Shown: piece after piece, positions 1 to 6,812 of the stretch
Numbering within the stretch: the stretch's first letter is position 1
How the letters are laid out: each line of letters starts with the position of its first letter
Origin: Hadesarchaea archaeon
GTDB taxonomy: Archaea; Hadarchaeota; Hadarchaeia; Hadarchaeales; Hadarchaeaceae
Assembly (NCBI GenBank): GCA_030619825.1
Contig: JAUXAS010000030.1
Span: forward strand, 1 to 10,228
DNA: 10,228 nucleotides
Direction: 5' to 3'
The notes under the pieces: generated by a model
What the model saw: the letters and a program-made list of their open reading frames with translations, nothing else
What the model was told of the DNA's origin: nothing
Database searches by the model: none
Made by a program: the position numbers and the translations under genes

Positions 1-108
1 GCCTTTGAAGCCGACTTCTCTGTCTTTCGTAAACATCAGCGTGGTTTGATGTTTTGCCGTGACCCGTGGATGTCCTCTTGCCGTGATGACCTCGACGATT
101 TTTCCCAT
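1..108 (-). CDS. DUF371-family archaeal protein, N-terminal part (runs off the left edge)
   Basis: Not in the ORF track. Manual translation from ATG at 108 gives MGKIVEVITARGHPRVTAKHQTTLMFTKDREVGFKG, resembling the DUF371 N-terminal pattern (I.A.GH.NV.A.H.TT.E.TK). GGAGG lies at 115..111 on the minus strand. Confidence 0.8.
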   Translation of the reverse strand, partial: MGKIVEVITARGHPRVTAKHQTTLMFTKDREVGFKG

Positions 109-156
109 GTCCTCCCACTTCCTTAAGCTTGAAGATAGATAATTTATTTTGGTCGT

Positions 157-810
157 ATGTACGAGCGGGAGCGAGAGGAGTTGGTTGAGCGCCTCGTCCG
201 GTGGGGCTACCTGAGCAAACAAGATATCATCGATGCTTTCAAAAAAGTACCGCGTCATGAGTTTATCCCTGAAAACATCCGGGACTATTCCTATGCCGAT
301 CAACCGCTCTCGATTGGTCACAGGCAGACGATCTCGGCCCCTAGCATGATCGCCATCATGTTGGAATCGCTCGACCTCAAGACGGAACAGAAGGTGCTTG
401 AGGTGGGTACGGGCTCTGGGTACAACGCCGCCCTCATTGCCGAGGTAGTTGGACAAAAAGGAGGGGTCTTCTCAATAGAGCGAGTTGACGAGTTAGCCGA
501 GTTCGGGCGCGCGAACCTCAAGCGAACGGGTTATGGTTGGGTTCAGGTCGTCGTTGGGGACGGGACACGCGGCTACGAAAAAGAGGCCCCTTGGGACCGC
601 ATCCTCGTGACCGCCTGCGCACCCGAGCTGCCGAAGCCCTTAGTTGAGCAGATGAAAATCAGTGGGAAGCTCGGTGCACCGGTTGGTCAACACTACATGT
701 TTCAGACTTGGATAGTCGCGGAAAAGTGCGACAAGGGGGAGCTCAAAATTGAGGAGCGAGGAGGATGCTCCTTCGTGCCCCTAGTCGGAAAATACGGATG
801 GAAGACATAG
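157..810 (+). CDS. pcm: Protein-L-isoaspartate O-methyltransferase
   Basis: 217 aa. Has AFKKVPRHEF, YADQPLSIG..QTISAP, SAM motif I VLEVGTGSGYNAA, GDGTRGY...PWDRILVTA and C-terminal FVPLVG, all typical of PIMT. Confidence 0.97.
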   Translation: MYEREREELVERLVRWGYLSKQDIIDAFKKVPRHEFIPENIRDYSYADQPLSIGHRQTISAPSMIAIMLESLDLKTEQKVLEVGTGSGYNAALIAEVVGQKGGVFSIERVDELAEFGRANLKRTGYGWVQVVVGDGTRGYEKEAPWDRILVTACAPELPKPLVEQMKISGKLGAPVGQHYMFQTWIVAEKCDKGELKIEERGGCSFVPLVGKYGWKT

Positions 811-819
811 AGCGTTGAG

Positions 820-1848
820 CTAGCCGAACCATTTCTCGAGCGAAACCTGTTCCTGCTCGCGCTGCCCCTTGAGCAATCGATCGATGCCCGTCTGAACCCT
901 AGATTCCGAAAAATCGTGCTCTCGGCACAGGAACTCCTTAATCCCCTCTGGGTCCGGGTCACTCCATTCCAACTTATACTTACCCGTGACATTCGGCTTC
1001 AGAAAAATCTCACGCGCCTCAAGGGGGTCAACTTCAAATTTTTCACCAAGCTCTGTCTTCGCGATTTGATTTATGGAACCTTGTTCTTTGATGAGCTCGA
1101 GCGCCTTTTTAGGACCTATGCCCTTTATCCCTGCGTTGTAATCAGTTCCGATTAAGATGCCGATATCCACGAGCTGCTCCCGGGTTATCCCAAGCTCCTT
1201 CATAAGCTTCTGGAGTTCGATCACCTCGGGAAAAACCTCGATATAAACATCCTTTCCTGGCAGCTTCCGCCTGCCAGTGATGGCCAAGTTGCGCACGAGC
1301 ATCGGAGCCCCAAAGAGGAGGCTATCAAAATCTTGACTCGCGGCCGCCCACACATCCCCCCGCTGAACGAGGTGCGCCGCCTGAGCCTCGCCCTCCCCCG
1401 GTGCCTGAACCCAAGGTAACCCCATGTGGCCCAAAAGTGTCTGCGCTTGCTTAACCATCCGCTCGTCCACCCGCCCCGCACGCTGGGCAAACTTTTTTGC
1501 CTCCTCTATCTTGCCCTCCTTGAGTGCGGCTGCCCACTCCTCGGCTGCCTCCTTCCTCACCGCGCGACGCTGCTCGACGGTGCGCAGCTTCAGCTTGGGC
1601 GGCTCCCCGTCGAAAACATGCACCGGCTTGATCCCCGCCTCGATCAAATTCGCGGTCCGATAGAAGAGGCCGGAGAGATGGGAGGTTATTCTCCCCTTGG
1701 AGTCCTTGAGGAGCTCTCCGTCACGCTGCCGAATTATGGAGAGGAACTGATAGAGCGAGTTCATAGTGTCGACAGCAATTATCTGTCCGCGAAACTGCTC
1801 CAGCCCAACTTTTTGCTTCGGCACGATGTCTCCGAGCTGAACGCCCAT
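820..1848 (-). CDS. fen: Flap endonuclease 1
   Basis: 342 aa. Has MGV start, LYQFLSIIRQRDG, TSHLSGLFYRT, VFDG, GEGEAQAA, SQDFDSLLFG, GTDYN..IKGIGPKKA (H2TH) and C-terminal PCNA-binding PIP box QVSLEKWF. Confidence 0.98.
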   Translation of the reverse strand: MGVQLGDIVPKQKVGLEQFRGQIIAVDTMNSLYQFLSIIRQRDGELLKDSKGRITSHLSGLFYRTANLIEAGIKPVHVFDGEPPKLKLRTVEQRRAVRKEAAEEWAAALKEGKIEEAKKFAQRAGRVDERMVKQAQTLLGHMGLPWVQAPGEGEAQAAHLVQRGDVWAAASQDFDSLLFGAPMLVRNLAITGRRKLPGKDVYIEVFPEVIELQKLMKELGITREQLVDIGILIGTDYNAGIKGIGPKKALELIKEQGSINQIAKTELGEKFEVDPLEAREIFLKPNVTGKYKLEWSDPDPEGIKEFLCREHDFSESRVQTGIDRLLKGQREQEQVSLEKWFG

Positions 1849-1857
1849 GTCAGCCCC

Positions 1858-1887
1858 ACTAATTAACTATCTCGAATGCACTTAAAC
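1858..1887 (-). promoter_or_regulatory. Putative fen promoter (TATA-like TTTAAG at 1886..1881 and downstream GTTAATTAGT)
   Basis: AT-rich intergenic region with a TATA-like box about 35 nt upstream of the fen ATG. A purine-rich GGGG SD-like tract lies at 1857..1854. Confidence 0.45.
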
Positions 1888-1900
1888 ATCAAACTGCTGA

Positions 1901-1911
1901 TAATAAAAAAG
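1901..1911 (-). terminator. Possible oligo-T terminator after rpoK
   Basis: CTTTTTTATTA begins about 9 nt downstream of the rpoK stop, and archaeal intrinsic terminators are T-tracts. It could instead be a TATA element for fen. Confidence 0.35.
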
Positions 1912-1919
1912 TTCAACGA

Positions 1920-2132
1920 TTATTTTTCGCTGCTTACGCGGCTCTCGCCCGGTAGCCTTCGTACAACAGTTATCGGGATCGCCTCCTTCTCGAACTCCAA
2001 CAGGGCGATATCGATAGGATTTCCCATTTCCCCTGGCACTTCAATTAGCACGGGTGCGCCCATCGCTATCTGGAGCGCCCTGGCTCCCACGATGCGGGCT
2101 TTTTCAAAGCGAGTGTATTTTTTAGGGAAAAT
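1920..2132 (-). CDS. rpoK: DNA-directed RNA polymerase subunit K (Rpo6)
   Basis: Core [26 protein letters not shown]...[17 protein letters not shown] is the Rpo6/RPB6 signature. The track start (2228) lies inside the thermosome gene. The best-supported start is ATT at 2132, 7 nt after GGAGG (2144..2140), giving 70 aa. Start uncertain. Confidence 0.93.
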   Translation of the reverse strand: MFPKKYTRFEKARIVGARALQIAMGAPVLIEVPGEMGNPIDIALLEFEKEAIPITVVRRLPGESRVSSEK

Positions 2133-2145
2133 GGGTGAGCCTCCA

Positions 2146-3798
2146 TCACATCGGCGGCATGCCACCCATTCCTGCACCGGGTCCGCCCGGCGGTCCCATC
2201 TCTCCTTTATCGAGCTTCCCAGCAGCAATAACGTCGTCTATTCGTAAAATCATCTCCGCTACCTCACTTGCTGATTTAATTGCCTGTGTCTTGACGCGCA
2301 GAGGCTCGACTATGCCCAACTTGAGGGTGTTTGTCACTTTCCCGCTTACTACATCAATCCCGATATCCCTACCACCATTCTTTTCATGAGCCGCGCGCAG
2401 CTGCACCAATATATCTATTGGATCCAACCCAGCGTTCTCTGCCAAGGTCCGCGGAATTATCTCGATCGCATCGGCGAACGCATCGACGGCGAGCGCCTCA
2501 CGCCCTCCGACCGTATCAGCGTACTCTCGCAAGCCCTTCGCGACATCTATCTCTGGATTACCTCCGCCCGCCACGATCTTGCCATCCTCGACTGCCGCCG
2601 AAACCACGCTAACCGCATCGTGTACCGCCCGCTCGACCTCGTCGACCACGTGCTCGGTACCGCCACGCACCAACAGGCTCACGGCCTTGGGATCCTTGCA
2701 ACCCTCGATGAATATCATCTCCTCGCCCGCTATCTTGCGCTCCTCCACCAGCGCCGCCGAGCCGAGGTCCTTCGTCATGAAATCCTTGATGTTAGTTACT
2801 ATTTTGCCCCCTGTCGCGCGAGCAAGCTTCTCCATGTCAGACTCCTTGACCCTTCGAGCCGCTAGGATTCCCGCCTTCGCAAGGTAGTGTTGAACAATGT
2901 CGTCGATTCCCTTCTGACACAGGACGACGTTAACGCCTGCCTTCCTCACTTGCTCAACCATTTCCTGTAACATGTGCCGCTCCTCCTCTAGGAAGCTTCG
3001 AAGCTGCTCGGGGTCTGTTATATTAATCTTGGCATCGGTTTCGGTTTCTTTGACCTCGAGAGCTAAGTTGAGCAGGGCTATCTTCGCCTTCTCAACCCGC
3101 CTCGGCATTCCAGGATGAACAACCTCCTTGTCGAGTATCAAGCCTTGGACGAGTTGGGAGTCCGCCGAGCTGCCCCCACTCTTTTTCTCGACCTTGATGT
3201 TGTCGAGGTCCGCCTCAAGCTTGCCGTCCGATTCCTCGACTATTTGCCCGACGGCTTTGACACATAGCTCCGCGAGCTTCTCACCCCGCATCTCTGAGCC
3301 CTTGCTACTCATAGCGGTCAAGGCGATCTGCTTAAGCGTCTTGTCGTCGTCTTTTGAGACACTTATAGCGATGTTGTCCAAAATTTCTTGCGCCTTCGTG
3401 GCTGCCAGTCGATAACCAGTCGCGATGACGGTAGCATGGATGTCCTGATCGAGCAGCTCCTCAGCTCGCTTCAAAAGCTCTCCAGCGAGCACTACAGCAG
3501 TAGTCGTGCCATCCCCCACCTCGTCCTCCTGGACCTTGGCGATCTCGACCATCATCTTCGCTGCGGGGTGCTCGACATCCATTTCATCGAGGATGGTAAC
3601 ACCATCGTTGGTTATGGTTACATCACCTAAGCTGTCGACGAGCATCTTATCCATTCCGCGCGGCCCCAAAGTCGTGCGGACCGCTTGAGCGATCACTCGG
3701 GCCGCCATGATGTTCATGCGCTGGGCATCCCGCCCCAAGTAGCGCTGAACCCTCTCGGGTAGTATTAGGACTGGTTGTCCTCCCATCTGTGCCGCCAT
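2146..3798 (-). CDS. ths: Thermosome (group II chaperonin) subunit
   Basis: 550 aa. Has [25 protein letters not shown] nucleotide-binding motif, [29 protein letters not shown] and a Gly/Met-rich tail [12 protein letters not shown]. Alpha/beta subtype not determinable. Confidence 0.99.
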   Translation of the reverse strand: MAAQMGGQPVLILPERVQRYLGRDAQRMNIMAARVIAQAVRTTLGPRGMDKMLVDSLGDVTITNDGVTILDEMDVEHPAAKMMVEIAKVQEDEVGDGTTTAVVLAGELLKRAEELLDQDIHATVIATGYRLAATKAQEILDNIAISVSKDDDKTLKQIALTAMSSKGSEMRGEKLAELCVKAVGQIVEESDGKLEADLDNIKVEKKSGGSSADSQLVQGLILDKEVVHPGMPRRVEKAKIALLNLALEVKETETDAKINITDPEQLRSFLEEERHMLQEMVEQVRKAGVNVVLCQKGIDDIVQHYLAKAGILAARRVKESDMEKLARATGGKIVTNIKDFMTKDLGSAALVEERKIAGEEMIFIEGCKDPKAVSLLVRGGTEHVVDEVERAVHDAVSVVSAAVEDGKIVAGGGNPEIDVAKGLREYADTVGGREALAVDAFADAIEIIPRTLAENAGLDPIDILVQLRAAHEKNGGRDIGIDVVSGKVTNTLKLGIVEPLRVKTQAIKSASEVAEMILRIDDVIAAGKLDKGEMGPPGGPGAGMGGMPPM

Positions 3799-3839
3799 AA
3801 AATCCCCCCTTGATGACTCTTACCTAATTCCGCTACTAA

Positions 3840-3854
3840 TTAACCAAAAGTTAG
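3840..3854. promoter_or_regulatory. Candidate heat-shock repressor operator (TTAAC-N5-GTTAG)
   Basis: One mismatch from the CTAAC-N5-GTTAG palindrome described for Archaeoglobus HSR1. It lies between the TATA box and the expected transcription start of the thermosome gene. Confidence 0.65.
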
Positions 3855-3856
3855 GC

Positions 3857-3872
3857 CTATAAAAATGTTGCC
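3857..3872 (-). promoter_or_regulatory. Thermosome promoter (BRE-like GGCAACA + TATA TTTTTATAG)
   Basis: Strong TATA consensus at 3865..3857, about 60 nt upstream of the ATG. A G-rich SD-like tract (AGGGGGGA) lies at 3810..3803. Confidence 0.7.
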
Positions 3873-3877
3873 CTTAG

Positions 3878-5485
3878 TTAAGCCCGCTGAGCCGCTGCTC
3901 TGGCCTTTATCTCTTCCACTTGCTCCACGAACTTTTTGTATGCCGGGGAACTTTTCAACTTCTTAACATCCCGCTTGTAAAGTTCACTTTTCAGCTTTCG
4001 CCCTGTCTTGGCCTCCCACTCCTCAAACGAGACCCCCTGAGACTCTTGGGCCTTGTCTCGGTACCACTCTGGGATCACGTTGAAAGCACAAAACGGGATT
4101 ATCCTTCGGTCGGTCATCGCGTAGTGGATGCAACAGCGCTTTACGCGTTCGATATCGTAGTTGTAAAGGTCCATGAAGTGCATCATGCCTATGAACATGG
4201 ATTTTATGTGAAATTTTCCGACCGCATCGTAGTCGTGCTTGACAAGCGCGTTAAGGAGTATCTTGTCTACATCTAGGCCTTTTGGTTTCTTCTCCTTGTC
4301 GATGAACTTCCTTATGCTGTAGAGCAACTTCGTCCCGACAAGGAACTTGCTCTTACCGGCTTTCAGCTCTTGAGACTTCTCCCCTAGGTACTCTAGGAAG
4401 CCATCCACATCGATGAAACGTGTAAGGGGCACGAACCTGCCGTTATCTTGGAACACGTAGGTCGCCGCCCCGCATGCAAAATGGCTGCTGATGTCATACA
4501 TCGGTCGCTTCGCGAGCGACTCGACGAAATCGCTTATCGCCATCGCCGTTGGCACGGGGAAAAAGTCCTCCGTGCGGATCTCGCCGTCGGTCTGCTCCTC
4601 AATCCGCTTGATGACATCCGGAATCGTTATACGATAGCGCTCGCGCTCTTCCCGCGGCATTCTGCCGACCAGTGAAACTGGCTGGAAATTCACCCCGCGG
4701 ATAATGTCGATGTTTTTGAGGCCAAACTTCAGGATATCGCCGACCTCGTGATCGTTGACAGAATTGATAACGGTGGGGACGAGCACTATACCCAAGCCGG
4801 CCTTTCTGCAGTTTTCTATGATCTGGGGAACTTCCCAGTGGTTTTTCGGATTCGTTTTCTCCGAGACGCCGTCGAAGCTCAGGTATAAGGTGTTGACACC
4901 CGCCGCACACACCTGCTCGACCAGCTCTGGATCTTGGGCGAGTCTTATGCCGTTGGTGTTAAGCTGGACGTGATCGATGCCGCTCGACTTGACGAGCTTA
5001 ATTATATCCACTAGGTCCTCACGCAGGCACGGCTCACCCCCCGTGAGTTGCACCGCGTTACACGGGATGGGGCGCTCGCTGCGTAAGGTTTTGGTCATCT
5101 CGTCGATCTCCTTAAGCGAGGGCTCATAAACGTAGCCGGCCCTGCCCGCGTAGAAAAAGCAGTACCAACAGGTGAGGTCGCATCGGTTGGTCAGCACGAT
5201 GTTGGCGAGCGCGGAGTGACTTTGGTGGAGCCTGCAAAGCCCGCAGTCCTTGGGGCAGATTGGGGCATCCTTTGTGACCTGGGGGTTCTCAACGCCTCTG
5301 CCATCTTTCGCATAACGCGCGGCTCGGGTGTACCATTCATAGGAGCCGGAGTAAAGATCCTCGAACTCCCCGTGCTCCTTGCAAGTTTTCTTTATCCACA
5401 CCTTCCCGTCGCGCTCGAACACCGTCGCGGTCAGAATCTTCAAGCACTCGGGACAGACCGAGCCCGTCTTAACCAATTCTCGCAT
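3878..5485 (-). CDS. tes: Tetraether lipid synthase (GDGT-MAS, MJ0619-family radical SAM enzyme)
   Basis: 535 aa. Has N-terminal rubredoxin-like site (CPEC...CKEH), auxiliary cluster motif CPKDCGLCRLH, radical SAM motif NRCDLTCWYC, QLTGGEP, LNTNG, NFQPVS..GR, and C-terminal HFAC, GMMHFMD.YNYD.ERVKRCCIHY, IPFCAFN. This is the architecture of Tes. Confidence 0.92.
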   Translation of the reverse strand: MRELVKTGSVCPECLKILTATVFERDGKVWIKKTCKEHGEFEDLYSGSYEWYTRAARYAKDGRGVENPQVTKDAPICPKDCGLCRLHQSHSALANIVLTNRCDLTCWYCFFYAGRAGYVYEPSLKEIDEMTKTLRSERPIPCNAVQLTGGEPCLREDLVDIIKLVKSSGIDHVQLNTNGIRLAQDPELVEQVCAAGVNTLYLSFDGVSEKTNPKNHWEVPQIIENCRKAGLGIVLVPTVINSVNDHEVGDILKFGLKNIDIIRGVNFQPVSLVGRMPREERERYRITIPDVIKRIEEQTDGEIRTEDFFPVPTAMAISDFVESLAKRPMYDISSHFACGAATYVFQDNGRFVPLTRFIDVDGFLEYLGEKSQELKAGKSKFLVGTKLLYSIRKFIDKEKKPKGLDVDKILLNALVKHDYDAVGKFHIKSMFIGMMHFMDLYNYDIERVKRCCIHYAMTDRRIIPFCAFNVIPEWYRDKAQESQGVSFEEWEAKTGRKLKSELYKRDVKKLKSSPAYKKFVEQVEEIKARAAAQRA

Positions 5486-5547
5486 GTTTTTTCATCATTT
5501 ACCACTCAAAGGGGTGAATATTTAAGCCTTGTCGAACTTCTCTTGAT
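5486..5547. promoter_or_regulatory. Bidirectional promoter region shared by tes and trmB-carS
   Basis: 62-bp divergent spacer with one AT core, AATATTTAAG (5517..5526). It reads TTTAAG on + (27 to 22 nt before ATG 5548) and TTAAATA on - (about 35 nt before the tes ATG). Confidence 0.55.
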
Positions 5548-6309
5548 ATGAAAAGTGGTGCGATGTTGCCTGAGAAAACCCTGCGACTGTTGAAGGACCT
5601 CGGGCTGACAGAGTATGAGACAAGGACCTACACGGCGCTGGTTTCGGGCGGGCCCTCTACGGCCGGGGACTTGGGCGAGACGGCCAACGTGCCGTATTCC
5701 CGAATTTATGACATCCTATCGAGGCTCGAGCGACGGGGTTGGGTGGAGGTCCAGTCGGGCAGGCCCGCGAGGTACAAAGCTAAGCCACCGGCGGAGGTGA
5801 TTCGGCTCCTCCGCATTGAGCAGGAGCAGCGGCTTAAGGAAACCGGCGAGGAAATCGTCAAGGAGCTCGAGCCCCTCTACGAGCAGAAGGCGGAAGCTAG
5901 AAGGCCTGACATCTGGGTCATCCGGGGTGATAGGAATCTTGGGGGAAAGGTCGGTGAAATGCTCGCCCGGGCACGGGTCGAAGTTCTAGTTTCACTCCCT
6001 GTGCTGCCGAGGGAGTTCCTCGAGCCGAGTGCCATCTCCCCGCTCCTCGCCGCGAAAAACCTAACGCTGAGGGTGATAACCTCTGAAAAGGGGAAACACA
6101 TCAACGAGTTGAAAGCTATTCCCAATCTTGAGGTCAGGTTCAGAAAACCGCTCTTCGGCGGCGGTGTAATCGTGGATGGAAATGAGGTTTTATTGCTTCT
6201 CGCCAGCGCTGGGGAGAAGTTGGGGGTGTGGTCGGATGAAGTCGGACTCGCTAAGTACGCGAATGAATATTTTGAATACCTCTGGAGAGACTCCAAGGTG
6301 AGGAGTTGA
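5548..6309 (+). CDS. TrmB-family transcriptional regulator
   Basis: 253 aa. N-terminal wHTH LGLTEYETRTYTAL...VPYSRIYDILSRLERRGWV...RPARYKA, helical linker, and a C-terminal effector-type domain (IWVIRG, A..EVLVS, VIVDGNEVLL, YFEYLW). Alternative start ATG 5563. Confidence 0.93.
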   Translation: MKSGAMLPEKTLRLLKDLGLTEYETRTYTALVSGGPSTAGDLGETANVPYSRIYDILSRLERRGWVEVQSGRPARYKAKPPAEVIRLLRIEQEQRLKETGEEIVKELEPLYEQKAEARRPDIWVIRGDRNLGGKVGEMLARARVEVLVSLPVLPREFLEPSAISPLLAAKNLTLRVITSEKGKHINELKAIPNLEVRFRKPLFGGGVIVDGNEVLLLLASAGEKLGVWSDEVGLAKYANEYFEYLWRDSKVRS

Positions 6310-6812
6310 ACGAGCTCTTTCAAATCCTGGGCTCAGCACTTTGGTTCATCCTGCCCGCCTATGTGGCGAACGCTACGCCAGTCGTGCTGGGTGGAGGCAG
6401 GCCGATTGACGCAGGGAAAAAATTCACCGATGGGCGTCCGATTTTTGGTGCTGGCAAGACGGTGCAGGGGTTCCTCGCCGGGCTAGTGGCTGGCACTTTC
6501 GTCGGGCTGCTTCAGGGCATCGCCGCAGGGACGCTCTCGCGCTACCTCGCCTTGGGCTTCCTGCTCGCCTTGGGGGCTCTGCTGGGCGACCTGCTCGGGA
6601 GCTTCATCAAGCGCAGGCTCGGCATCAAACGCGGTGGCTTGGCCCCTGGACTCGATCAACTTAGTTTTGTAGTCGTTGCTCTGCTCGCGGCAAGCCCACT
6701 GGCCCTACCCAGCTGGGAAATCGTTCTCACAATAATAATCATCACCCTTCCGATCCACCTCGCCACAAATTTCGGCGGCTACAAGCTGGGGCTCAAAAGC
6801 AAGCCTTACTGA
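6306..6812 (+). CDS. carS: CDP-archaeol synthase (CDP-2,3-bis-O-geranylgeranyl-sn-glycerol synthase)
   Basis: 168 aa hydrophobic protein with PAYVANATPV..GGG.PID.G..F.DGRPIFG.GKT..GF, GDL.GSFIKRRLG and P.LDQL.F motifs. The TTG start overlaps the trmB stop (TTGA), with AGGAG just upstream. Confidence 0.95.
   Translation: MNELFQILGSALWFILPAYVANATPVVLGGGRPIDAGKKFTDGRPIFGAGKTVQGFLAGLVAGTFVGLLQGIAAGTLSRYLALGFLLALGALLGDLLGSFIKRRLGIKRGGLAPGLDQLSFVVVALLAASPLALPSWEIVLTIIIITLPIHLATNFGGYKLGLKSKPY

Noticed and set aside
2133..2228. 32-aa N-terminal extension of RpoK in the ORF track (includes a CRRC)
   Set aside because: It lies mostly within the thermosome's Gly/Met tail in another frame, does not resemble Rpo6, and the SD sits downstream of most of it.
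3878..5485. Annotation as MoaA or pterin dimethyltransferase; possible intein
   Set aside because: The four-metal-site architecture matches Tes rather than MoaA, and length and continuous motifs leave no room for an intein.
318..5551. Antisense and alternative-frame ORFs over pcm, fen, ths and tes (e.g. 1426..1866, 1876..2247, 2386..2865, 3920..4276, 5216..5551)
   Set aside because: They are shadows of well-conserved genes in GC-rich DNA, with no recognisable motifs or independent signals.
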